DNA from: an uncultured Microthrixaceae bacterium
Lineage (GTDB): Bacteria; Actinomycetota; Acidimicrobiia; Acidimicrobiales; Acidimicrobilacustridaceae
Length of the DNA stretch: 64,000 nucleotides
Reading direction: 5' to 3'
NCBI GenBank assembly: GCA_963734965.1
Contig: CAVTJK010000004.1
Span: 1,799,241 to 1,863,240 of the forward strand
A program made the position numbers and the translations under genes. This document shows positions 28,793-44,458 of the stretch, in pieces (positions within the stretch are counted from its first letter, which is position 1; each line of letters opens with the position of its first letter). Below the pieces are notes generated by a model that did not search any database, was not told the DNA's origin, and saw only the letters and a list, made by a program, of their open reading frames with translations.

Positions 28793-28798
28793 ACGCTA
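28793..28798 (-). promoter_or_regulatory. Candidate -10 box TAGCGT, 9 nt upstream of the malic enzyme ATG (leaderless-type)
   Basis: The minus strand reads cgcgGGTAGCGTcgggcacctATG. Confidence 0.3.
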
Positions 28799-28868
28799 CC
28801 CGCGGCAACCGGACCGGCCCCAACCGAATCGAGGCCGAACATCCCGGCTCACACCTCGGTCCTCGGGC

Positions 28869-29426
28869 TCAGGCGCCCTCGTAGTCGAAGCCGAGATCGG
28901 GCGCCGTGACCAGGGCGTGGAAGCCGACCCCCTGGGCCTCGGCCATCGCCGCGCACGTCCCGCCGCGATCGACCAGCACCAGGATCATCACCGGATCGGC
29001 ACCGAGCTCGCGCACGACCTGGGCCGCTTCGAGCGGCGACGTGCCCCGCGTGACCGCGTCCTCGGTGATCACGACCTTGTCCCCGGGTTCGAGCGCGCCG
29101 GCCAGGCGACCGGCGACCCCGTGGTCCTTGGCCTCCTTGCGGATGGTGAACGAGCGCAGATCGCGACCCCGCGTGGCGGCCACCGCGGCGATGCCGTAGG
29201 CGACCGGATCGGCACCGACGGTCAGCCCCCCGACGGCGGCGATGTCGTCGGGCAGGGCGGCCAGGGCCAGATCGGCCATGAGCAGCAGACCGTCGCGCCG
29301 ACAGGCCGTCTGCTTGGCGTCGATGAACCACGAGCTCTTCCGGCCCGACTTCAACGTGAAGTCCCCCGTGCGCACCGAGTGCTCGAGCAGGTGGCGAACC
29401 AACGCGTCCTTGGTCTGGGTGCTCAC
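28869..29426 (-). CDS. pyrE: Orotate phosphoribosyltransferase
   Basis: Intact 185-aa ORF (GTG start). Motifs: GDFTLKSGRKSSWFIDAK and the PRPP motif KVVITEDAVTRGTS. Confidence 0.9.
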   Translation of the reverse strand: MSTQTKDALVRHLLEHSVRTGDFTLKSGRKSSWFIDAKQTACRRDGLLLMADLALAALPDDIAAVGGLTVGADPVAYGIAAVAATRGRDLRSFTIRKEAKDHGVAGRLAGALEPGDKVVITEDAVTRGTSPLEAAQVVRELGADPVMILVLVDRGGTCAAMAEAQGVGFHALVTAPDLGFDYEGA

Positions 29427-29483
29427 TTCGGGGTGCTTGCGTCGCTCACATCGCCGACGCTACCCGGCCCGCCATCGCCTTTC

Positions 29484-29522
29484 GGCGGCGATTGAGGGCG
29501 CACCACGCCCTCAGGAGCCGCC
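29484..29522. repeat. 39-nt palindromic repeat, copy 2 (GGCGGCGATTGAGGGCG-CACCA-CGCCCTCAGGAGCCGCC)
   Basis: It sits between the purM stop (29553) and the pyrE start (29426). The inner 8-bp stem is 29493..29500 / 29506..29513. Differences from copy 1 are confined to the loop and the internal bulge. Confidence 0.7.
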
Positions 29523-29552
29523 AGAAGCCGGGAGAGCCGGTGCTCGGGCGGG

Positions 29553-30590
29553 TCAGACGAGGTGGACGGTGCGGTCGCCGGACTGGATGGTGCCGATCAC
29601 CGTGGCGCGCTGGCCGGCGGCGCGCAGGACATCCAGGGCCTTGTAGGCATCGCCCTCGGGGACCGCGGCCACCATCCCGATCCCGAGGTTGAACGTGCGC
29701 GCCATCTCGTCGTCGGTCACCTCGCCGAGGCGCTGGAGCTCACCGAAGATCCTCGGCGGCTCCCACGACGAGCGCAGCACCACGGCGTCGAGGCGGCCGG
29801 GGAGGACCCGGACCAGGTTGCCCGTGATCCCACCGCCGGTGATGTGAGCGATGGCGCGCACGTCGACGGCGCGGAGCAGGGCGGCGATGGCCGGCGCGTA
29901 GATCACCGACGGCTCGAGCAGCTCGTCGGCGACGGAGTGGTGCGCGCCCGAATAGGCCGGGTCGTCGAGGGACAGCCCGGCCCGTTCGAGCAGGATGCGC
30001 CGGGCCAGCGAGTAGCCGTTCGAGCGCAGACCGGGAGAGGGCAGGCCGATGAGCACGTCGCCGGCGACGAGGTGCTCGCCGGTGATCAGGCGATCACGTT
30101 CGACCACGCCGACGGCGAAGCCGACCAGATCGAACTCGCCCGGCTCCATCGCTCCCGGGTGCTCGGCCATCTCGCCGCCGATGAGCGCGCACCCGGCCTG
30201 GCGGCAGCCCTCGGCCACGCCTTCCACGAGCTGAGAGATGTGCTCGGGGTCGAGCCGGCCCACGGCGATGTAGTCGAGGAAGAAGAGCGGCTCGGCACCC
30301 TGGCAGACGATGTCGTCGACGCACATGGCCACCAGGTCGACGCCGATGGTCTCGAACCGACCGGTCGCCTGGGCGATGAGCGCCTTCGTGCCGACCCCGT
30401 CGGTCGACGAGACCAGCACCGGGCTGCGGTAGCGACCGGTGTCGAACCCGAACAGCCCGCCGAACCCGCCGATGTCACCGATGACCTCGGGGCGGAAGGT
30501 CGACCGCACCTTCTCCTTGATCCGTTCGACGGCCTCTTCGCCCGCGGTGATGTTGACGCCAGCGGCCTCGTAGGTCTCGCCCGTGGACAT
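29553..30590 (-). CDS. purM: Phosphoribosylformylglycinamidine cyclo-ligase (AIR synthetase)
   Basis: The last 345 aa of the fused ORF 29553..33401, read from the ATG at 30590 (MSTGETYEAAGVNI). Motifs: STDGVGTK, DLVAMCVDDIVCQGAEPLFFLDY, GGEMAE, HITGGG. The gene is uninterrupted. Confidence 0.92.
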   Translation of the reverse strand: MSTGETYEAAGVNITAGEEAVERIKEKVRSTFRPEVIGDIGGFGGLFGFDTGRYRSPVLVSSTDGVGTKALIAQATGRFETIGVDLVAMCVDDIVCQGAEPLFFLDYIAVGRLDPEHISQLVEGVAEGCRQAGCALIGGEMAEHPGAMEPGEFDLVGFAVGVVERDRLITGEHLVAGDVLIGLPSPGLRSNGYSLARRILLERAGLSLDDPAYSGAHHSVADELLEPSVIYAPAIAALLRAVDVRAIAHITGGGITGNLVRVLPGRLDAVVLRSSWEPPRIFGELQRLGEVTDDEMARTFNLGIGMVAAVPEGDAYKALDVLRAAGQRATVIGTIQSGDRTVHLV

Positions 30591-32180
30591 CAGGACCGGG
30601 CGCGCCGAGCGTGGGCCGACGGCAGGCCGGCCTCGTCGTCGGTCAGCAGGGACAGACCGGGCAGCGGCGCCGCGACCGAAACCGGCTCGCCGGTCTCGAG
30701 CACGTCCTTGTGCAGGCTGACGGGGACCTCGACCGGATAGGTGCCGGTGAGGCAGGCATCGCAGAAGCCGGCACCGGTGGCGCCGGTGGCGGTGACCAGC
30801 CGATCGAGGGCGAGGTAGGCGAGGGTGTCGACGTTGAGGTAGTCGCGGATCTCCTCGACGCTCATGTTGGCGGCGATGAGCTCGCCCCGCTTGCCGGTGT
30901 CCATCCCGTAGTAGCAGGGCCACCGGTACGGCGGTGACGACAGGCGCAGGTGGACCTCGGCGGCGCCGGCCTCGCGCAGCATGCTCACGATGGCGCGACT
31001 CGTCGTGCCGCGCACGATCGAGTCGTCGAGCACGATCAGGCGCTGGCCGGCGATGTTGTCGCGCAGCGGGTTGAGCTTCATGCGCACGCCGAGGGCCCGC
31101 ATCTCCTGGTTCGGAGCGATGAAGGTGCGGCCGATGTAGCGGTTCTTGACCAGCCCCTGGCCGTAGGGGATGCCGGTGCGCGCGGGCGTAGCCCTCGGCC
31201 GCGGGCAGGCCCGACTCCGGGACACCGATCACGAGATCGGCGTCGACGGGGGCCTGCTCGGCGAGCTGCTCGCCCATGCGCACGCGAGCGCGGTGCACGC
31301 TCTGGCCGTAGAGCGAGCTGTCGGGTCGGGCGAAGTACACGAACTCGAACAGGCAGAGCTTGGGGTCGACCTCGACCTCGGGGAAGGCCCGCACCGATCG
31401 GTAGCCCGACGCGTCGATGATGATCATCTCGCCGGGGTCGAGCTCGCGGACGAAGTGGGCGCCGACCACGTCGAGCGCTGGGCTCTCCGACGCCAGCACC
31501 CATCCGTTGTCGAGCTTGCCCAGGCACAGCGGACGAAACCCGTGCGGATCGCGGACACCGACGATGTGGCCCTCGTCCATCAGCACGAACGAGAAGGCGC
31601 CCTCGAGCATGGGCAGCACCTCGAGCAGGGCGCGCTCCAGCGCTCGCCCGTCGGCGCTGGACTCGGGACTGCGGCCCAGCTCGTGGGCCAGCAGCTCGGC
31701 GACGAGGTCGCTGTCGCTGGTGATGGCGCCGGGCAGCATGCCGACCACCTCGGCCAGCGCCTCGGTGTTGACCAGGTTGCCGTTGTGGCCGAGCGCGAAG
31801 GTGTGGGCACCGACGTCGCGATACACCGGCTGGGCGTTGCGCCAGTTGCTCGAGCCGGTGGTCGAGTAGCGGTTGTGGCCGATGGCCAGGTGACCCGTGA
31901 GCGCGGCCAGCGTGCGATCGTCGAAGGCGTTGGACACCAGGCCCATGTCCTTGACGACGGTGATGGTCTGTCCGTCGCTGACCGCCATGCCCGCCGACTC
32001 CTGACCCCGATGCTGCAGGGCGTAGAGCCCGAGGTAGGTCAGATGGGCGACCGGCTGACCCGGGGCGTACACGCCGAACACACCGCAGGCTTCCTTCGGC
32101 GTGTCGTCATCGGGGCCCGCCGGCTCGTCGTCGTCGAAGCCGGAGCGCGACCGATCCACAGCGCCGTCTGGGGGAGTCAC
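30590..32180 (-). CDS. purF: Amidophosphoribosyltransferase; one frame break near 31180
   Basis: The GTG at 32180 is followed by EACGVFGVYA..LQHRGQESAGMA..GHNRYSTTG..HNGNLVN (frame of ORF 29553..33401). GIPYGQGLVKNRYIGRTFI..LDDSIVRGTT..PCYYGMD..FCDACLTG continues in ORF 30590..31225. Its stop overlaps the purM ATG (TGATG). Confidence 0.9.
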
Positions 32181-32212
32181 GTGGCCAAGTGTAGTGGGAC
32201 GCCGAGCGCGTT

Positions 32213-34457
<2,245 letters not shown>

Positions 34458-34464
34458 GCCGGGC

Positions 34465-34470
34465 ACGCTA
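34465..34470 (-). promoter_or_regulatory. Candidate -10 box TAGCGT, 7 nt upstream of the purL ATG (leaderless-type)
   Basis: The minus strand reads ctcGGGTAGCGTgcccggcATG. A TCGACG candidate -35 sits at 17-nt spacing (34488..34493). Confidence 0.35.
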
Positions 34471-34599
34471 CCCGAGCCGACCGATCGCGTCGACCGGGTC
34501 GGTCCACGACCGGATCGACGGCCGTCAAGTGCACATGTAATCGCAGTCGGTTACATAGGCTTGCAATTGTCTCATATAAGTGTGATCCCATTTGTGCGT

Positions 34600-35025
34600 A
34601 TGCCTGCAATCGCAAACGCAAGAAGACCCCGATGTCCGACTGCCCACAAGGCCGCCCTGGCCGAGGGCCGGGCCCAGGGCCGGGCCGTGCGCAACTATCT
34701 CGAGGCGCTCGAGGCCCACAAGCCCAAGCGAGGTCGCAAGCGCACCCCGGATTCCATGAACAAGCGCCTGGCCAAGATCGATGCCGAGTACGCGCGAGGC
34801 CGATCAGCTCAAGCGGCTGCAACTGGCCCAGGAGCGGCTCGATCTCCAGCGCGAGCTGAGCAGCTCCGAGCGACGCGGTCGATCTCAGCGCGCTCGCAGA
34901 AGGAGTTCGTCGAGGCCGCGGCCAAGGCCTACGGCGAGCGCAAGGGCATCACCTACGCGGCCTGGCGCGAGGTCGGCGTGCCCGACGCCGTCCTCAAGAC
35001 GGCCGGCATCACCCGGGCGTCCTGA
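34600..35025 (+). CDS. Small basic/coiled-coil protein of unknown function; two compensating frame breaks
   Basis: The ATG at 34600 opens [59 protein letters not shown]. The middle segment reads better in ORF 34781.. ([24 protein letters not shown]). It then returns to [42 protein letters not shown]. Confidence 0.5.
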   Translation: MPAIANARRPRCPTAHKAALAEGRAQGRAVRNYLEALEAHKPKRGRKRTPDSMNKRLAKIDAEYARGRSAQAAATGPGAARSPARAEQLRATRSISARSQKEFVEAAAKAYGERKGITYAAWREVGVPDAVLKTAGITRAS

Positions 35026-35087
35026 GCCCAGAGCCGGTCGGCATCGCCCACGAGGGGCCACCTGCGCCCGCCGGCGGATCGGCGGAT

Positions 35088-35762
35088 TCAGCCGACGGCG
35101 GACTTCAGCAGCGACTCGAGCAGCGGAACACCGTCGGTGCTGCCGAGCAGTTGGCTCGACGCCCGCTCGGGGTGGGGCATCAGACCGACCACGTTGCGGC
35201 CCGGCCGAGCAGACCCCGGCGATGTCGTCGATCGATCCGTTCGGGTTGTCGATGTAGCGCAGCACGACCCGATCCTCGGCTCGCAGCTCGTCCAGCGTCG
35301 TCGGCGAGCAGGTGTAGTTGCCCTCGAAGTGATTGATGGGCAACTGGAGCACCTGGCCGACGGGTGCCGCCGCGGTCAGCACCGAATCGGTCGACTCGAC
35401 CCGCACGCCGACCGTGGCGCACAGGAACTTCAGGCCCCGGTTCTTCTGCAGCGCGCCCGGGCAGCAGACCGGCCTCGGTCAGCACCTGGAACCCGTTGCA
35501 GATGCCGACCACCGGCCCGCCGGCCTGCGGCGAACGTCGACCACCGCGCTCCATGACCGGCGAGAACCGGGCGATGGCGCCCGGACGCAGGTAGTCGCCG
35601 TGGGCGAAGCCGCCGGGCACGACGACCGCGTCGACCCCGTCCAGCGGTCGCGTCGCCGTGCCAGAGGATCTCGGCCTCGCCGCCGAGCTGGTCGATGGCC
35701 TCGACCACGTCCTGCTCGCAGTTCGAGCCGGGGAACAGGACCACGCCGACCCGGGCGCTCAC
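35088..35762 (-). CDS. purQ: Phosphoribosylformylglycinamidine synthase I (glutaminase subunit); at least 3 frame breaks
   Basis: The GTG at 35762 opens [64 protein letters not shown] is in ORF 35180..35620. [39 protein letters not shown] is in ORF 34885..35406. The tail is [19 protein letters not shown], with a stop at 35088..35090. Confidence 0.88.
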
Positions 35763-36032
35763 GCAGGCCGCCGCCCACCACGCTCGACCGACGTCGATCG
35801 GTCGACGTCCTCGATCACCGGGTTGGTCAGGAAGCGGTCGCACAGGTCCTCGACCTGGGCGCGGGCGGTGGCCTCGTCGGCGGCCTCGATCTCGAAGCGG
35901 ATGCTCTTGCCGACCCGCACCTCGCCGATGCCCTCGAAGCCCAGCGTCGGCAGCGACCGCTCGATGGTGGAGCCCTGGGGATCGGCGATGCCCGGGACGC
36001 AGCTGCACGTCGACGTGCACCGCGAAGATCAT
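35759..36032 (-). CDS. purS: Phosphoribosylformylglycinamidine synthase subunit PurS; frame-disrupted, end approximate
   Basis: The ATG at 36032 opens MIFAVHVDVQLRPG. Read across frames, the rest is IADPQGSTIERSLPTLGFEGIGEVRVGKSIRFEIEAADEATARAQVEDLCDRFLTNPVIED. A TGA overlaps the purQ GTG (GTGA). Confidence 0.7.
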
Positions 36033-36059
36033 GGCCCCATGCTCGCACACGCCGCCAGG

Positions 36060-36989
36060 CCGCTCAGCCGGTTCGACCCGACCGATCGAGCTCAGGCGCT
36101 GGCCGCCCGGCCAGTCGGCGAGATCGAGGCCGGTGATCCGCTCGTAGGCCTCGACGTAGCGGTCCCGGGTGGCCAGCACGACCTCGGCCGGCAGCGGCGG
36201 CGGCGGCGGCTGCTTGTTCCAGTCGAGCCCGTCGAGGTAGTCGCGCACCGGCTGCTTGTCGAACGACGGCGGCGTCGACCCCGGCTCCCACTCGTCGGCC
36301 GGCCAGAAGCGCGACGAGTCGGGGGTCAGCACCTCGTCGGCCACGACCAGCTCGCCGTCGACCAGACCGAGCTCGAACTTGGTGTCGGCGATGATGATGC
36401 CCCGCTCGCCGGCCCACGTCGCGCCCCGGCGGTACAGCTCGAGGCAGACGTCGCGCGCCCTGGCCGCCAGATCCTCGCCGACCAGCTCGACGGCCTGCGT
36501 CGAAGGAGATGTTCTCGTCGTGGCCCTCGGCCGCCTTGGTCGACGGCGTGAACACCGGCTCGGGCAGCTGGCGAGGACTCGAGCAGGCCCTCGGGCAGGG
36601 GCGTGCCGTGCATGGTGCCGGTGGTCCGGTACTCCTTCCACGCCGAGCCGGTGAGGTAGCCCCGCACGATGCACTCGATGCGGCAGCATCTCGGCCCGGC
36701 GACACAGCATCGACCCGGCCCGGCCAGCTCGGGCTTCTGGGCGCCCGGCGGGCAGGTCGTCCAGGTCGGTCGAGATGAGGTGGCTGGGCGCCACGTCGGC
36801 CAGGTGCTCGAACCAGAAGGCCGACATGGCCGTGAGCACGCGGCCCTTGTCGGGGATCGGCTCGGTCATCACCACGTCGAACGCCGACATGCGGTCGGAG
36901 GTGACCAGCAGCAGCCGTCCCTCGCCGGCGTCGTAGATGTCGCGGACCTTGCCCGAATAGAGGTGGGGCAGATCGACCTCGACCGTCAC
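36060..36989 (-). CDS. purC: Phosphoribosylaminoimidazole-succinocarboxamide synthase; frame-disrupted, 3' end approximate
   Basis: The ATG at 36989 opens [54 protein letters not shown] is in ORF 36326..36667. Later come [38 protein letters not shown]. The frame runs into purS without a stop. Confidence 0.88.
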
Positions 36990-37119
36990 GGCGCTCCTCT
37001 GGATCTGGATGGTGGCGCCATTCCATCAGCGGGGCGACGACTCCGCAATCGGCGCCGCCGGGCTCGCGTCCTTGTGGAGGAGGGCGGTCCCGTGGCGAGT
37101 CATCTCCGAGCCCCACTCG

Positions 37120-38064
37120 TCACCGGTGCGCCCTCCGATCGGTGAGCGACCTGGCGGCGTACTTGACCCGAGCGCGGTAGCGGGTGGCCGTCGGCACCGG
37201 TCGGGCCTCGGTCAGCACCCGGGTCAGGAAGGCCGTCAGGGCGTTGCGGGTGTCGGCCAGCTGCTCGTTCATCCGCCCGGTCCGAAAGGGGTTGTGCCGG
37301 CGGTACTGCTCGTACAGAGCCGGATCCTCGTCCACTTCGAGCACCCGTTCGACCAGCTTGCTCAGGGTGGGATGGTCGTAGAACGAGATGAAGCACCGCG
37401 GGTCGACGTCCAGATCGATGCACGGGTTGCCCCAGTAGATGGGAACGGTGTCGGCCTGGAGCGCATCGATGATCTTCTCGCTCGTGTAGCCGGCGAGCTC
37501 GGTGCTCTCGAAGGCGATGGTGAACCGGTACTTCGACAGCACGCTCATCTTGGCGTCGTGCCAGCCCGCGTCGCTGCGACGACCCAGGCTCGGATCGTCG
37601 GTGTCGTGGTGCACGGAGCCCAGGCTGGCGACCCGGCGCCGTCGGTCGAGCATCGAGTAGAAGGCGTTGCGCATCGGGCACCGCCCGTTCGAGTAGATGA
37701 AGTTGCAGAAGTCGCGTCCGGCGGGATCGGGCGCCGGGTAGAGGGCGGCCTCGCCCTCGGCTCCGGTGTGACCCAGCGCGTGCACCAGCCCGGTCAGCAT
37801 GCGGAGGTGGCGGTCCTGCTCGACGAGTCGCCAGTCGATCGTCCAGTCCGAAGCGGAGCGGCTCGTCCAGGGGTCGCCCGAGTAGAGCAGCTTGGCCCCT
37901 CGCGCCTTGAGGTGCTCGCGACCGAAGAGCGAGTGGACCACGAGATCGGCCTCGGCCACGTCGGGGGTCAGCTCGGCCGACGCCGGGAGGGCGGCGACCA
38001 AGGGGTCGGTCGCGGGATCGAAGCCCAGCCGCTGGTCGGTGAAGGCCACTCGCTTCGCGGTCAT
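37120..38064 (-). CDS. Glycosyltransferase family 10 (alpha-1,3/4-fucosyltransferase-like)
   Basis: Intact 314-aa ORF. The motif KYRFTIAFESTELAGYTSEKIIDALQADTVPIYWGNP matches the GT10 signature (compare Helicobacter FucT YKFNLCFENSQGYGYVTEKILDAYFSHTIPIYWGSP), followed by FISFYD..DEDPALYEQY. Confidence 0.8.
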   Translation of the reverse strand: MTAKRVAFTDQRLGFDPATDPLVAALPASAELTPDVAEADLVVHSLFGREHLKARGAKLLYSGDPWTSRSASDWTIDWRLVEQDRHLRMLTGLVHALGHTGAEGEAALYPAPDPAGRDFCNFIYSNGRCPMRNAFYSMLDRRRRVASLGSVHHDTDDPSLGRRSDAGWHDAKMSVLSKYRFTIAFESTELAGYTSEKIIDALQADTVPIYWGNPCIDLDVDPRCFISFYDHPTLSKLVERVLEVDEDPALYEQYRRHNPFRTGRMNEQLADTRNALTAFLTRVLTEARPVPTATRYRARVKYAARSLTDRRAHR

Positions 38065-38087
38065 CCCGAGTGCCTACCCCGGCCCGC

Positions 38088-39515
38088 TCAGAGGATGGGC
38101 GCGGGGTGATACGAGGCGGCCTCGGGGTGGGCCACGACGATCGGCTCGACCGTGGCCACGAAGGCCGCGACCTGATGGGGCGCAGCACCCACGAAGTCGA
38201 GGGGGTTGGCGAGCAGGCCCTCGAGCACTTCGGCGTCGAGGCCGAGCCTCGGGTCGGCGGCCAGTCGGGCCACCAGGTCGTTGCCCTCGGCCCCCGCTTC
38301 GCGCTGAGCCAGCGCCACGCTCACCGCGTGCTCGCCGATGGCCTCGTGGGCCGCTTCGCGGCCGACGCCGGTCCGCACCGCCGCCATGAGCACCTTGGTG
38401 GTCGCGAGGAACGGCAGGTACCGATCGAGCTCCCGGGCGATGACCGCCGGGTAGACCCCGAAACCGTCCAGCACCGACAGGAACGTCTCGAACAGGCCGT
38501 CGGTGGCGAGGAAGGCGTCGGGCAGGGCCACCCGGCGCACGACCGAGCAGCTCACGTCGCCCTCGTTCCACTGATCACCGGCCAGGCCCGCCACCATCGT
38601 CAGGTGGCCGCGGAGCACGACCTCGAGGCCGTTGATCCGCTCACACGACCGAGTGTTCATCTTGTGGGGCATGGCCGAGGACCCCACCTGACCCGGGGCG
38701 AAGCCCTCGGTCGCCAGCTCCTGACCGGCCATCAGGCGGATGGTCAGGGCCAGGCTCGATGGTGCGGCGCCGGCCTGCACCAGGGCCGACACCACATCGA
38801 GATCGAGCGAGCGGGGATACACCTGACCGACGTTGTCGAGCACGTGATCGAAACCCAGATGGCGGGCCACCGCCCGCTCGAGGTCGTCCAGTCGCTCGAG
38901 ATCGCCGTCGAGCAGGTCGAGCTGGTCCTGCTGGGTGCCCACGGGACCCTTGATCCCACGCAGCGGGTAGCGCTCGATCAGCTCGTCGACGCGCCGATAG
39001 GCCGACAGGAGCTCCTCGCCGGCGTTGGCGAAGCGCTTGCCCATCGTGGTCGCCTGCGCGGCCACGTTGTGGCTGCGGCCCGTGATCACCAGCTCCGAGT
39101 AGGTCGCCGCCAGTTCGGCCAGCCGGGCCAGCGCCGTGACCATGCGGGCACGGATCAGCTGGAGCGACGAGCGGATCTGGAGCTGCTCGACGTTCTCGGT
39201 CAGGTCCCGCGACGTCATCCCCTTGTGGATGTGCTCGTAGCCCGCCAGCGCCGAGAACTCCTCGATGCGGGCCTTGACGTCGTGGCGGGTCACCCGCTCG
39301 CGGGCGGCGATCGAGTCGAGGTCGATCACGTCGATCGCCTTCTCGTAGGCCTCGATCGCCTCGAGCGGGATGTCGACGCCGAGCTCGCGCTGGGCTCGCA
39401 GCACGGCGATCCAGAGTTGGCGCTCGAGCCGGATCTTGGTGGTCGGCGACCACTGGTCGACCATCTCGGTGCTCGCATAGCGATCGGCGAGGACGTTGGG
39501 CAGATCCGGCTTCAC
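38088..39515 (-). CDS. purB: Adenylosuccinate lyase
   Basis: Intact 475-aa ORF. It carries a fumarate-lyase signature region (GSSAMPHKMNTRSCE) and typical PurB N- and C-terminal segments. Confidence 0.92.
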   Translation of the reverse strand: MKPDLPNVLADRYASTEMVDQWSPTTKIRLERQLWIAVLRAQRELGVDIPLEAIEAYEKAIDVIDLDSIAARERVTRHDVKARIEEFSALAGYEHIHKGMTSRDLTENVEQLQIRSSLQLIRARMVTALARLAELAATYSELVITGRSHNVAAQATTMGKRFANAGEELLSAYRRVDELIERYPLRGIKGPVGTQQDQLDLLDGDLERLDDLERAVARHLGFDHVLDNVGQVYPRSLDLDVVSALVQAGAAPSSLALTIRLMAGQELATEGFAPGQVGSSAMPHKMNTRSCERINGLEVVLRGHLTMVAGLAGDQWNEGDVSCSVVRRVALPDAFLATDGLFETFLSVLDGFGVYPAVIARELDRYLPFLATTKVLMAAVRTGVGREAAHEAIGEHAVSVALAQREAGAEGNDLVARLAADPRLGLDAEVLEGLLANPLDFVGAAPHQVAAFVATVEPIVVAHPEAASYHPAPIL

Positions 39516-39707
39516 CTCTCGATCCTACGCCCGACGCTGTCGCGCCACGGGTGCCCAGGGCCTGTGAGGATGGGCTGGATGGCTCAAATCGCCTTCCAAA
39601 CGACCCTGATCCGTAAAGAACCCTTGGAGGGCCGTCGAGGTAAGCGAGGAACATCCGGTAGCCAGCCGGGTGACATGCCGATTCGAGCGATCACGGGGTA
39701 TCGGAAC

Positions 39708-40085
39708 ATGGAAGAGCGTTGCGCCAAGCACCAGTTCGAAGGGGCCGAGGACGTCTGTCGGACCTGCGGCCACGACTTCTGCGGTGAATGCCTGGTGTAC
39801 GCGTTCGGTGCCAACAAGCCTCCGTATTGCCTGTCCTGTGCCTTGGCCGCCTCTGGCGTCCGCTCGACGTCGATCATCCGCCCGATTCGCACCAAGCGCG
39901 AGATCAGGAACCGGCACAAGCAATGGTGCCGGGCTCGCAACTCGAGCCACCGCGACGCCCCCCGCGTCGAGATCTCGCCCTTCGACGAGTTCGTCCCGAC
40001 GATGGCGAACGGCCAAGAGGACGAGAACCCGCTGGCCTGGCTCGACGACCACCTCGGTGGCACGGGCGAGCGCGTCCCCTTCTAG
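39708..40085 (+). CDS. Small Cys-rich zinc-ribbon/B-box-like protein; function unknown (alternative ATG at 39675)
   Basis: This is the 3' end of the frame of ORF 38070..40085: MEERCAKHQFEGAEDVCRTCGHDFCGECLVYAFGANKPPYCLSCA, then a basic stretch and an acidic tail. The upstream part of that ORF is antisense to purB. Confidence 0.55.
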   Translation: MEERCAKHQFEGAEDVCRTCGHDFCGECLVYAFGANKPPYCLSCALAASGVRSTSIIRPIRTKREIRNRHKQWCRARNSSHRDAPRVEISPFDEFVPTMANGQEDENPLAWLDDHLGGTGERVPF

Positions 40086-40091
40086 GGACAG

Positions 40092-40537
40092 CTACACGCC
40101 GGCGCGCTGGCGACGGTCCTCGAGCAGCTTCTCGGTCAGATCGGCATCAGCGATGGCCAGCATCTCGACGACCAGCAGCGCCGCGTTGAGCGAGCCGTCG
40201 ATGGCCACGGTCGCGACCGGGATGCCCTTGGGCATCTGCACCGTCGAATAGAGCGCGTCGATCCCACCGATGGCCCCGCCCGACAGGGGTACGCCGACGA
40301 CCGGCAACGTGGTGTGGGCGGCGACGACGCCCGCCAGATGGGCGGCCATGCCGGCCCCGCAGATGAAGGCGACGTAGCCGTCGTCGCGGGCGGTGCTGAC
40401 CAGCTCGACCACCTCGGTCGGGTTCCTGTGCGCCGACAGGACCCGCACATCGGTCTCGATGCCGAACGCCTCGAGGGTGTCGGACGCCGCGCTCATCTTG
40501 TCGCGGTCGTTGGGGGATCCCATCAGGATTCCTACCT

Positions 40538-40541
<4 letters not shown>
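40092..40541 (-). CDS. purE: N5-carboxyaminoimidazole ribonucleotide mutase
   Basis: The GTG at 40541 is preceded by GAAAGAGGAGAG. The product reads VKVGILMGSPNDRDKM..VRVLSAHRNP..FICGAGMAAHLAGVVAAHTTLPVVGVP. The gene is intact, and its start overlaps the purD stop (GTGA). Confidence 0.9.
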
Positions 40542-44454
<3,913 letters not shown>

Positions 44455-44458
<4 letters not shown>

